Made by a program: the position numbers and the translations under genes. The notes below the pieces were generated by a model. It ran no database searches. It was not told where the DNA came from and saw only the letters and a list, made by a program, of their open reading frames with translations. From contig CM039003.1 of NCBI GenBank assembly GCA_017499595.2, forward strand, positions 496,001-560,000: DNA of 64,000 bases, written 5' to 3'. Positions 25,692-38,706 of the stretch are shown here, piece by piece. Positions within the stretch are counted from its first letter, which is position 1. Each line of letters opens with the position of its first letter. This stretch comes from Psilocybe cubensis. Its lineage: Eukaryota.

Positions 25692-28600
25692 ATGTCAATA
25701 ATACTGAGGCTCTCACTACTCGTCTTATTTTCTTTCCTACTCCCTGTTTATGCATCTGTGAACAAAATCAAGCAGAAGGAAATAATCCAGAATGAGAAAT
25801 TCCATTCCAGTTTACTCAAACAACTCGCCGACTCTCGGACAAAGACTGATGTATTCAACGATACATTGTCACCCTCAAATCCATCTTTGGATTTCAGCTC
25901 GTCAAATTCCTTACCTTTGCTTTCAACAAATGCCAGCGTCAGCCTGCAGATATACACATCGGACACACTCCCATCCAATCCAGCTCCCAATAGCGTCTGT
26001 GCAGCAGCCATGACAGCAGCAATACCTTGTAACTCATCAATTCCGCTCATGGCGTTAGTTGCGTATCTTATACTTCCAAGGATCACCTATTGATAATAGA
26101 TATTATATGCCTCTAGACTTGGCCCATATCTCTTCACTAACGACCTTCCCACTCTCTGCACCGACGATTGTTTACATGGACTTGTATCGTATCGTGCAGA
26201 TGTGGTTTCAGCTTGCGGGAACTACTTAATCACTGATACAGGGGGCAACTCGTATCCCCCAACACTGGCAGTGGACTATGTTTCTGGTCCTTATACCGTG
26301 CAGTGTCTCAAAGATCCCGACAGCGGAAATTTTTGCGGCACTGTCATTGAATCTTACAATACAACGGACGGGCTACTGTCGCTTCCAACAAATGAATTAT
26401 GCACATTTTGTACGCTGGAGACTCTGAATGCAACGTTATCCAACCCGACTAGCTTTTCGGATGACCTCGCTGATATCCTTTCAAGTGCCATCAACACGTG
26501 TGGGACGTGGGTATTTCAAAAAGCATCAATTTTGTTCCCTTAAGCTGACCTCATCCAGCGATTTTGAACAGTATAATGTCTCTTCAACGGGCGACCAAGT
26601 TGTCATATCAACACCGTTTGGGGTCAATTCTACGACCGCGCCTACTGTTGACTGCACAATCACCGGACAAAACATCTCGACGACTGAGGCGACAACCTGT
26701 GCGGATGTAGCTGCCCAATATAGCGTGAGCGAGTACGACATTTTCTCATCAAATCCTCTCCTCGACGCCGATTGCAACATTGAGTCTGGAACCGTGCTCT
26801 GTGTTCCTCAACAATGTACCACTTATGTTATTGCGGTTAACGATACGTGTCAGTCGGTCGCTCAGCTGGCGGGCACAGTTCCTGGCACAAGTCTCAACGT
26901 GACCGCGTCCCAAATCCAATCATTCAATCCCGACCTCGGAACGTACTGTCAATTGATTTCACTTCGTGTGGGGAAAGCAATCTGCTTGAGTCCAAATGGC
27001 GGGTGGCCTTCGGTAGGGGTGACTAGCGCAGGGAATCCATCTGGTACACCTACCGCCGCTGCACCTATCCCAACCCCCACTGTTAACGGCACAACATCCG
27101 CTTGCGGGAAATACTACCTTGTACAAGGCGGGGATATTTGCCAGACTATTTGTCTCACCAATTCCATCACGTTTAGTGATTTTCTTACCCTTAATCCGGG
27201 TGAGTAATTTAATTTTGCATACCTTTTCGCTGTGGTATTTAACTTGAGGCTCAGAGGTTGACGCCAACTGCACCAATTTATGGCTTGGATATAACTACTG
27301 TGTTGCTCCCTACCCACCATTCTCATCCGTAACTGCCGCACCACTCCCCACAACCAATTATACAAGCGCTACTATCTTCAGCTACCCTATTCCTACGGCG
27401 AATTACACCATTACCTATACGTCTAGTCGCGTCACACCTGCTGGAGTTCCAGCTCCAACAAATATTGCTAACGGAACACGACCCGTTGCTTGCGGGAGCT
27501 ATTACGATATACAGGTGAATATCGCCCGTTTTTTTAGGTTTCATGACGCTTTATTGCAAATCATTAATCTGAGTCACGATAGACCGGCGATACCCTCGAC
27601 TCTGTTTCTGAATCCGTTGGTGTTGATGCATCCCTCCTCGCAACATGGAATCTTGAACTCAGCAGTGGTGTTTTACCCCCTGTTGGCTCCGCTATCTGTG
27701 TGACCTTTCCAGAAGGCAATTACACTTTACTCGCCGCACCGCGTCCCACAAATACATATGCCAATGCCACCACAGAATGTGCACAATACTACACCGTCCA
27801 AAATGGGGATGGATGTAGCTCCATTGAAAGCTCATTTGCACTTACAAACTCACAATTTGACCAACTTAATCCCGGCTTAGCAAGCAGTTGTACGAATCTC
27901 GTCCTCGGGGATGCTTATTGTGTTCTCCCTACCGCTCCCTTCTCTTTATCCAATTCTACCGGCCTACCGGATAACGTTGCGCCGGGGACAATCACTGATG
28001 GATGCACCACCTACTACACCGTCAAGTCTGGAGATTCTTGTACTGTGGTGGAGGATAACTTTAACATAACCTTGGCGCAATTCACGACATGGAATCCAGA
28101 GATTGACAGCCAGTGCACCAACATTGAGGTTGGATTGGCGTATTGTGTTGCATCCTCCTCTTCCTCGTCAACTGGTCCGCCCAGTAATGTTGCGTCAGGG
28201 ACAATCACAGATGGATGCACTGATTATTACACTATCGTATCGGGAGACTCTTGCCCTGCTATTGAAACTAAATTCAACATTACTATGTCACAAATCACGA
28301 CGTGGAACCCTGAGATCAACAGCGAATGCACGAACATACAGCTCGGACTCGCATATTGTGTTGCATCCAGCCTGGCCCCACCAACCAGTGGACCTCCCAG
28401 TAATGTAGCATCCGGGACTGTCACATCCGGGTGTACATCATATTACACCGTAGTCTCAGGGGACTCCTGCTCCGTCATCGAGGCTAAATTTGGCATCACA
28501 TTGGCTCAGTTTACGACATGGAACCCCGAAATCAATAGCCAGTGCACAAATATTCAGGTTGGCCTGGCGTATTCATCAGAAAAACTACAACCTCTAGCAC

Positions 28601-30142
28601 TTGCGGGAGCTCACTTTCACTAGTAGCTTTTTTCCCTTCCACCACTTTCACCAACACTTTTCAAACCACTTTCATTACTTCCGACACTTTCATCAACTTT
28701 TTGCTCTTTCTTTAATTATCCAAAACAATTTTTCATATTTGGTTTAGTTTATCTCAGTACATGTTTCTTGTTTCTTTGTAGCACTACCGAATGCTTTGAA
28801 TTCATTGTGTTGTATACAATATCACTTGTTAGCAAAGGAGAAATTCAACATCAAATTTGTTGAAGTTCGTTCGGGCTCCGATTAAATATTCACGTGATGT
28901 TCAGATAACAATCATCGTATCGATTAATCTTTCTTTCTTCCCGTCCTCACACATCTCCGCAGTTATGTTTGTCAGTTTAGGTTAAAAATGTATTGTTCGT
29001 GAGTTATATTCCTGCTTCAATGCGTTCTGACATGACTTGCTGACTTGTTTTAATATGTTTAGAAGTATCTAGGTTCTACCCTTCGTCTATCTCCTCCCTC
29101 CATCTATCCCCCCTCCCCTCCCTCCCTTCAACAAACCAAACCAAACCTACTCCTCCTCTCCTCCTCTCCTTCTTCAAGCTTTGTTGCACGGCAGATTTGT
29201 AGTCATTGTACGGATGCTATGATGGTGGAAATGGTATGCATCTGCTATTGCTTGTGTTGCCTATGCTGACCTCAGTGACCTCAGGCCAATGACCATATCG
29301 CCGCTTTTGTGTCAATAGTAGGAGAAGTGGAAGGTGATATCTGATACGGTAGTTAACTGGTATGTCATTCTGCCGTTGGTCTTCTATACCCTCAAAGGTA
29401 GCGTTTCGTTGTATATCAATTGTTGGTTGGTAGTTTGTTATGTAGTTCTTATGTAGTTTCATGTATACCTATGATACCTGTCTTTCAGAATATAATATAT
29501 TATCTCAATTAATATCAACAATCAAGCGAAAAAATGAACTAGCTAACAACACTTCCGAAAGTGTGAACATCTAGTTTGTCGCTTTTGATCACCCTTTCAG
29601 TACTTTCGAAAGTGAAAACACTAGCTGTGAGAAATGGGGTCTGGGTAGCTGCAAGCGTCAAACACTTGCGCACTTTTGGCACTTTTTGGCCCTTTTCTCA
29701 CTTTTGAAAGGTGCGAAAGCGTCTGCTAGTGGGGTTGTACTTTTTCTGATGTTGTGTTACTTCAAGTTTTTTGGGGTCATCTACCTCGGGCCCTCCGTCC
29801 AACTTGGCTTCTGGGTCACTCGCGAATTGCACCAGCTATCATACTGTTGTTTCTGGAGACAATTGCCCCGCCATTGAGACATCTTCACATATCGCAGCAT
29901 CCGATTTCTTCAAGTGGAATCCCGAGGTATCGCATGACTGCTCAAACATCCAGGTTGGGGAGGCGTATTGCGTAGCAGGTGGTGGAAACCCGTGTAAAAA
30001 GATATACGTAGTTCAATCCGGAGACTTTTGCTTTGCGATCACGCAGAGTCAGAATATCACCCAGCAGCAGTTGATCGCGCTGAATTCTTTCTTAGACACT
30101 AATTGTGATTTGGTTGTCGGAGAAGGTATATGTGTTGGATAG
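25692..30142 (+). pseudogene. Secreted multi-LysM (CBM50) protein with a Cys-rich N-terminal domain and about 10 LysM domains, disrupted by a transposon at 28574-29751
   Basis: Signal peptide; repeated fungal LysM units (CxxYYTVxSGDxC...WNPEI...CTNIxxGxAYCV). Removing the insertion plus one TT restores AYCVTSSFLGSSTSGPPSN in frame to stop 30142; as is, translation stops at 28623. Confidence 0.88.
28574..29751. mobile_element. Non-autonomous TIR DNA transposon (1178 bp), CACTA/CMC-like
   Basis: 19-bp TIRs CATCAGAAAAACTACAACC / GGTTGTACTTTTTCTGATG (1 mismatch), 2-bp TSD TT, multiple subterminal CACTTT/AAAGTG repeats, no recognisable coding capacity. Confidence 0.88.
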
Positions 30143-30306
30143 TGGATACTTTGTAATTAACATTTTGTGTTTGTTGATTTAATCTGTAATGTAAAGCGCG
30201 ACCCTTATTACATGTTGTAGGATGTGCGTCTCAATGTCGCTAGTATAACTCGCAGATCACCAAAAATTTAATGCAAACATTTTTAGTCGGAGTTTAAAGG
30301 TAGATG

Positions 30307-31705
30307 TCACCTGCATTCGCATCCCTCTACCGGCTCATATCCATCTTCACAGCGCGCAGAGCGAGTAGACCATTGCTGGGCGGCGGCGGCGGTGCATGGT
30401 GAGAAGTAAACGCGCTGCTCAACGTGAATCACGGTTGACTTACCTGCTGGAGATACAGGTGTCTGCGCTGGCAACCCACACCTTGTTTCTACCCGTTGTT
30501 GGCACGGTAAGCCGGTACACCCTTCGCTCGTCGGGATTGACCCCAACTCTATCTGGTTCCGCAGGCTCCTCGTCGAGACGACGCGGACGCGAATATGTGC
30601 GTTGTAGGACACTTGCAGGTAAGTAAATACACTGTTCGATGTGGAGAATCATTGACTGACCTGGAAGCGCAGTTGTTTGCGCTGGAAGCAACCCTCTAAA
30701 AGCGGCGGATCCGTTGGCAACACTGTAAGTTGGTATAGCCTTTGCTCTTCGTGATTGACCTCAACTCCCTCTTTCTCTGCAGTCTACTCGTCAAGACAAC
30801 GCGGACACGAATATAAGCGTTGTAGAACACTGTTTCAGGTAAGTACATGGGCTGCTCGACGTGGAGAATCGTTGACTGACCTGGAAGCAACAGTGTGCTC
30901 TGTATCACGACTGGCAGGGTGGACTGACTAGACGTGCGGATGGCGGGAGTTGTGGGCAATGCTGAGTTATGGCGGGAGTGGGGGCATGCAAGGGATTGCA
31001 GAAGGCGGTTGAGCTGCAGTCGGCCGTTCGTTTGGATTCTCGTTTGTCCATAGCAGGCATTGGTGAGTGGTTCAGCTGGCTGCTCACCGTCCCGTCTTCA
31101 GTTTCAGTCGCGTCGGCAGGGCTCTGACTCACTATGTCTGCATTCCTGCCAATGTTGCCAGGATCGCAAGGTGGGGTAGGACAAACCGGTTGTGAAATGA
31201 GGAGAGCAGTTGTTTTAGTACGTACTGCGACCTTCATAACGTCCTATTTTTCTTTGTATGCTTGCAGATCGTTCAAGCCTAGGGATAAGCCAAGGTTGCA
31301 GACCTTGAGCTGTTGGATTTCCAGTTTCTCATTCGGACTGGCTTTCGACCATCATGTGTTGGTCAAGTTGAAACGGCGACAGGATTGCTTTGACACGGGA
31401 TTCTCAAGGGTCTCGAAAGACGTCAGCTCCTGAGCAGTGGTCGTCCATCAGTCCTCAGCCTCGGCTCTAGAAAAATCATCAGCCTGGGTACAACGTTTTT
31501 TCATCTATATTCCAGCATGTTTTACAACCTTGCTGTATCTCGAGCAGGTCATACCCTGGTGCTCTAGTGTACAACTCACCTGCGCAACAGTTTCACTTTG
31601 GGGAACCTTGAGTTTGTGCACCATGTCGAACTTGCACAGTGGACTCTTCAATGTTCGATCAACCGCTGCACATACGTACCATTTACGTTCCCGGTCTCTC
31701 GGCAC
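30307..31705 (-). pseudogene. Degenerate gene relic containing tandemly repeated exon-intron units
   Basis: Three related intron-like segments (~30395-30447, 30625-30660, 30830-30880) and two related exons (VLQRxYSxPRxLDE); in-frame stops upstream. Confidence 0.35.
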
Positions 31706-32342
31706 AGGAAGTCACGATTAACCTCACAGATCGAACGAGCTGAGTGCACCTAGATTTTTGTGGGTGCGTAGGGCGTGTATGAATTTGCCGTGATGCTGTC
31801 TGCCGTCTACAGAATCTACATCATTGTGGCTCTTACACTGCCTATTTTAATTATATAAAGGCCTCATGATTAGGCTCTGGGTGTAGGTTTGTCGGTATGT
31901 TTCAATACATGACCTATCTCTGGAACAGCCCAGCTCGTGTGATTTTTACGCGAGCTGCGTCAAAGAAAAGCCATGTTCTTTTTATCGACACCGAAGGCAA
32001 AGATATTTTTGAATACCGTTGGCATCTATAATGGTACGGGAGCGTTATCGACGACAAAATCTTGATAGATGACCTATACGACATCCTTTGTGCCGCCGGA
32101 AACCCTTAGAGTTGAGCGTACCATGTGCAGTCAGTTGTCGCATTTTCATACCGTTAAACTTTGACTTTAATTCTATAGGCTGGAACCGTGGGCACCTGGA
32201 AAATTATTTCCGTCCGTTCGGAGAAGTATACCGAACTTTTAATTAGTGGCTGCCGCGTTTTTCACCGTATGAAAGGAAGACAAAAAGTCGTTGAACATCC
32301 GCATCCACTTTCCTACTTCTCTGTAGAAATCTGCTACCTGGT

Positions 32343-34127
32343 ATGTCTTCGAACTCTACTCTCAACGGAGACATCGAGGTCGCCTCCAAAGAGCAAGAAA
32401 AACCTTTCCATGGTAGTGTTCTCCCAACCGACCTATCCGACGGTCCCTCCAAGGACTTCAATTTTCTCCCCATTCCAAAACGGCTTCGATATCATCCCGC
32501 AAAACCATTTAATTTCAATATATGGATGAACTGGGGGCTTAGCTTTGCTGCTACGTTCCGTAGGTTGCCCATGCATATCCGCAGCAGTAATCACTCATCA
32601 CCATGTCTTATTTTTAGTAATCTCAAACATGTATTATTGTCAACCATTACTCAGTACGTTCACCGGCTCGCTCAATATCTGAGAGAGTAAATAGGCCGAT
32701 AATGACTGTACTAAACAGTTCAAATGTCGATTACGTTCGGGGCTTCCTACGAGGCCGTCTCCAAGTAAGCTCAATTTTCAATTTGAAGTTTTGTTCTAAC
32801 AGTCTTCAAGAGTCCCGACTTTGATACAGGCAGGGTAAGCAAGTTGTTGCTTTGCCGCAGTAGCTCAATCCCGTATTCAAAAAATGTTTAGATATGCAGT
32901 GGGGCTGTTCTTCATCTGTCCATTAGGAGACCTTGTGCGACGGCGGCAGCTGTTGTTGCTCCTCGTATTCGTCACAGCCACACTAACCATCGGGTTGGCA
33001 ATTACACGGAGTATCTTGGTGTTTCAAATCCTGAATTTTCTGATTGGCCTGGCCAACATCTCCCCGCAGATTCTGGTACCTCTCGCTGCTGATCTCGCGC
33101 GTCCTGAGCAAAGAGCATTTGCCTATTCCATTGTGCTCACCGGCATGTTGTCAGGTGTCCTCATTGCTCGAGTGCTCTCTGGGGTGATAGCACAGTTTTC
33201 TTCCTGGCGTGTCGTGTATTATATGGCAATCGGTGCCCAATACCTCATTCTCCTTGTCAGTTATGCCGTGATTCCGGACTATCCCGCAAAGAACAAGGAT
33301 ATGACTTATCAGGGTATTCTCTGGAGTATGATAAAGTACTCGGTGACGGAACCACTCGTCGTACAAGTCGAAATCATGTCAATAATGACAAGCGCGTGCT
33401 TTTCGAGCTACTGGGTTACGTTAACCTTTCTACTAGGAGGACCGCCATACAATTATTCAACGTAAGTTATAATCTATAAACCCATTTTATTAACAATCGT
33501 AGTGCTCACGTCTTGTTTAGTCTGGTGATTGGACTCTTCGGTCTACTAGGCCTTGCTGGAATGGCCATGGGTCCATTTGCTGGTAGAATTGTGGATAACA
33601 TCGCACCTTGGTATGGAATGCTCGTATCGACCATTCTGCTTCTGGTTTTCCAGTCTATACAGACTGCTGCTGCAGGCTTTAGCATTGCAGCCGTCATTAT
33701 AGCGTGCATTGGGTTGGATGCCATTCGGCAAATGCAAAATGTCTCGTTGACTACAGCAGTTTTCAGGTATGTGATCTTCAATTTGTCCTCTCCGATCCAG
33801 CGGATTGATCATTTGCTTTCAATATAGTATTGAAATGGGAGCTGTATCCCGACTTAACGCCCTGTTTGTACTCGCTGTGAGTATGATTTATCCCAAAAAA
33901 AATTATTCTCAATTTTATTCTCATTGCTTCTTTAGTATTACGTAGGGCAGCTAATGGGGACGTCTGTTGGCACAAAGATTTTTGTTGACCATGGCTGGAG
34001 AGCATGTGCTCTCTTTGCTATGGCTCTTTACGGGTGCCAACTTCTTGTCCTTTTTGCCCGGGGACCGCACTGCCCGAGGCGAAAGTGGCTTGGTTATGAA
34101 GGGGGATTCAGGATGAGGAAATCATAA
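32343..34127 (+). CDS. MFS transporter (NepI-like), copy B
   Basis: NMYYCQPLL, GLFFICPLGDLVRRRQL, GVLIARVLSG, YWVTLTFLLGGPPYNYST, ARGPHC...WLGYEGG; intron positions match copy A; stop TAA 34125-34127. Confidence 0.9.
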
Positions 34128-34690
34128 AGGACAATGTTTTTATAACGAGGTGACACTAAACCATGCTTCTTATGGTGTTGAACGTCTTTTTACTCGCATT
34201 TTATATCTAATGGAGTTAAGTTATGTGCAGTATCAATACATTTAAATCATATAAATGCTCTGTGATTTCACTTCCCTCTTGTTCAATTTATTATACAACT
34301 TGAAGGCTATTCAATCGTCTCGCAGGACAGTATTATGACCTGGAATAATCTTCTGTTTTTTGCAACAACCGCCTCCCCAAAATGTACAGGTTAATGCGAA
34401 CGTAGTTAACGTGGTACCTCTACCTCAATGTCTTGTCGCGCCTGATATTTCTTTTACAAATCAACATGCATATGTGCGTTATAACTCAGAATTTATTACA
34501 GTGAACCTGTCGACCTGTATGGTCCCCCTTGATTTACCCCGAATAGCACAGCAGGTTAGCGCTCCTGTTGTAGAATAGGTCAAATTTGAGTATTTCTCAA
34601 CTAATGTCATCAACCGTGAGAATAAAGAGCGAAGGGGTTTACGTGGCGCGATAAGTCTAGGGTTTGTTGAACTCGAACCTACTTTCTATC

Positions 34691-36056
34691 ATGGCCCAAA
34701 CCGTTTCTTCCACGCATGCCTATTACAGCATTATATCCATTGCAGCAGCAGCTAGCATCATTCTTTTCCCCTTCATAGGACTTCGACACAAGCCGAGATA
34801 CCCAAACCGCAAAAAGGTTTACTCTAAAACTACGAATGTACCATATGTTCTTGACATATCGCCTACAGCTTCCTAGCAGTCTTGAAAGCTGGAGAAAACT
34901 TCATGATGTACCGTATAACGTGGTCTGGGACGAGCTGCGCTATTTTCTCGAAAGCCATGGATTCCAGCTCTGGAGAAGAGGCTTTGGGGCCCAGAAATGG
35001 GACGGCGACTTTCCGCAATGTGATAATTTCATGTTTCTGACCTCACACAAACCACGAAACATGTCTTTGGTCAATTGGAAGTCTTTTGCTACGACTGAAG
35101 TTGGACTTCGTCATGCGGCGCGCATGAATGGCGTGCGCGATGTTGTGCTTCGTGTCATTGTCAATTTGGGGGAAGGCCATGCACATTTGAATCTGCTGAA
35201 GCGTCTAGCGCGTCCGCCGGATAGTCTACTGAGTAGCAATCATATCTTGCCCATTTTATACGAGGTTGTCTTTGAAGATATCATAATTTTGGCAGTTCCG
35301 AAACTTATTTTTGATCTGGACGATGCCTGCCGCCCTGGAAAATTCTCAAACTCCATCGAAGACGTGCTGTACATGATTGTTCAGGCTTTGGAAGTGAGGC
35401 GCCAGCAGTTATATCTTGAACTTTGTATGATGCTAAAGCTCACACAGGGTGTTTCATACCTCCATCAAAATCTTATAGCACATCAGGTGCAGTGAACATG
35501 TTTCTTTCCCGTGGATAATCTTGATTGGCTCATGCACATGTTGTAGGATCTATTTCTGAATAACTTTATGGTCGAATGGGTCCCAGAGTCGCTTGCGGAG
35601 AGAACGTCCGTGACTCGGCCCAGGGTGTACATCATCGATTTAGAGACTGCTGTTGAATTCCCTGAACATTCAAAGGTGTCGGAAAGGCTATGCTCCAAAT
35701 TTCACCGCTCGCTAGACGACTATGGCAGATATGTGGCCCCTGAGCTCAAGACACTTCAACCTTACTGTCCTTTCCGGCTAGATATGTGGCAGCTGGGTAT
35801 GAACTTGAATATGGCTGTTGAGGTGAGTTTGTATGAAGTGGACTGTGGTTAAATTTATTTTACTCAATGGTATTTGTATCAGACTGACTTGAAGGAAATA
35901 GACGAGATCTGGCTGGGACTCTGTGCACATGCTCCCGAAGAACGCTTAACCGCAGATGAAGCTTTAAAGGCCCTTGATGAATATCTTCGGAGGACGCCAT
36001 CGACAGCACTCCATCGAAAGCTGCTCACTCCCAAAGACAAGAATTTAGTGTTTTGA
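34691..36056 (+). CDS. AgaK1-like atypical kinase, paralog 2
   Basis: Hydrophobic N-anchor; RDVVLRVI, IAHQ/DLFLNNF, IDLETAV, VAPEL, CPFRLDMWQLG, ERLTADEAL. Confidence 0.85.
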
Positions 36057-37058
36057 TCATTGAACTGTATGTACTTTTATCGCTTATCATCATTACAGTT
36101 GTTGTTATCTTCGTACTTCTTTCTATATGGCATAAGACAATAATGAATTTTGAAAAACTCAGGACTGCCTTACTCAAGAGTCAAATAACCGAATACAAGC
36201 AAAAAGCGACAGATCTGAAAATAAAAAAATGTATACTAGTCTACTGGGATTAGGAAAGTGGACCAGACCAAACGGCGAACAGTCTGCCAACCTTGGGAGC
36301 ACTGGCGAGCTGTCTGTGGCCATCAACTAAACATAGTGTAAATTACAAAGCAATTTAAGCCAATACAATAATTTTCTACATACCCAAACAATTTTTGGGG
36401 ACGGTTTACAATGTCAAGAAAAGCATCAGACTGCTCCCAAAGCTCAAGCTCCAACACGGACTCGGAAGCAGCTACATGCACGTGATGGATATGCTATCTG
36501 AACGTGGCGTCTGGTTGCCACCACACCCCTTGGAAAGCGGGACACCGACAATCTTGGGCGGTTTACCTCCAGCGGGAACACTGGTGGATGCAGACTCATG
36601 AAGGCATTTTGGACGAAGAGAGCACGGATGAGGGCCGCGACGTGGACGCGCGAGTTTGGAGGAAATAATCGTTTTGACATGGTTAATCAAGATAAGCACG
36701 TTTTCAGGTTTGGGGTCTGTCTATTTCGTCGATTGGTTAAACAACATGCGCGTGCGTCTTTGAGTCCATCCACTAGCCACTCAGCCAGTCACAACACACT
36801 CCACCCACAATGCAAGATCCGTCACGGAATAGCACAAGGAAAAGTCCACAATGCACAAAAGAGCAGCAAGGCTCCCCGTTTTCGTCAACCTGGCAACCAA
36901 CCGGCCAGTCACAATAGAAATTCCAGGAGCTCAAAGAGAAACACTCACCAGTATGTACAACGCCGCAGCACCGATGCATATCATCCAGCCAGATCCTGCA
37001 CGAGCAAAATCTACTTTGTGATCTGCTTGGAAAACGGCATAGGTGCACCCTTGTTTTA

Positions 37059-37316
<258 letters not shown>

Positions 37317-38706
37317 TTATTCTAATGCATCACCGGGTGAATACATAAAGAGAAGACGGCACCAGATACAATATCTGCACAGCACTTTTGATCCTTTGCA
37401 AGCCAGACGGTGGAACAATGTCCCCATCCGTAGTATACTCTCCCTCGTTGTCCCTCTGTGTTTTTTATTCACGATGAATGCTTGTCATAGTTGGTGGACT
37501 GGATGAGTCCTGAGTAAGAAAGCCTACTGATAGGTAGATGGCAGTGGCGAGGGGAGAAATGTGTTCAAGGGTGCGCGAAAGTTGTTTCTAGAGGATTATG
37601 TATCGATGATGTTGGCAATGAAGAATTGATTCAGATCACGCACCTTTGCGTCTCCGCGCTCTGTTTGTTTTCCTACCTCTGCACCATCTCTTTAATTCAC
37701 ATGTTAAGAACTTCAGATCCACAATTTGTGTGTGTGCCTTATTTGACTATCCAAGCTATGAGCCTGGATAATAGGGTGCTAGCGCGTTTGGACTTGGAAG
37801 AGTTTCGACGAAATCAGAAAGAGATCAGGCAGATATCGGAGCTTGAAAATAAAATCAGGCGGAGCCTGAACTCACTCAAAGTCGAAACGAGTAAACGAAA
37901 CTAGATAACTGATAAAACTGTAGATTTTTGTTATCCAAGCATCGCGCAGCTGCAGAGTCAACAATTATGGAAGCAGTTAATTGGCAGATTTACGACTTTT
38001 AATCCCTGAGTTCGTATAAAAATAGAAGCCAGCGAAGCCAGAGTCAGAGAGTCTAGTGTGTATCCACTCATTAGATTCATCTGTATCTCTTCAGTGTTGC
38101 TTCATCTATAACGCATAGATCATGAGATATACCAGTGTTCGATGTTACAGCTCCATTTTTATTAATTTGTATGGGCACATGGGCTGAAGAAGCCTTGACC
38201 CAGTTCAGATAATCGCGCTGAGAAACAATTATAGCCGTATTCCGCGTAGCATCACATTTCCCATGAAACGGGATCCGTAAGGTGTATATATCTGCGGTAT
38301 ACACAACGGAAATAACATGGATGTAACATGTGTTAATTTAGGCGTTTCGGGACCCCGGCACCACTGTTGTGGCCACAGACTGAATTATTGTAGTTTGTTG
38401 GATTTGACCTGTAGCCCCTCAAAGGTATGATAGTCCAATCTATCAGATCTATCACTGACGGAAGGACTATGTCATTTCACAAATTATAGCAAAAACATCA
38501 TTATCCCTTAAAATTATAATCATGGGCGCTTAATGTTGATTTATAGTGGCAGGACCAAAGTAGTACCATTGCAATGCAGAAAATGAGCGAGGAAGAGGCA
38601 GGGAGAGGCGTGGATTAAAAGCGGCGTTGAAATCGTGAGAAATCGATGTGATGACCACATTCTGCTACGTGGCAACTCAAATATCTGAGAGTTGCTGCCT
38701 TCCTCT

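Noticed and set aside
27960..28573. CRISPR-like or non-coding repeat array
   Set aside because: The repeats are in-frame LysM coding units in a eukaryotic gene
29085..29175. Pyrimidine-rich CT tract
   Set aside because: Low-complexity internal part of the TIR element, with no independent feature
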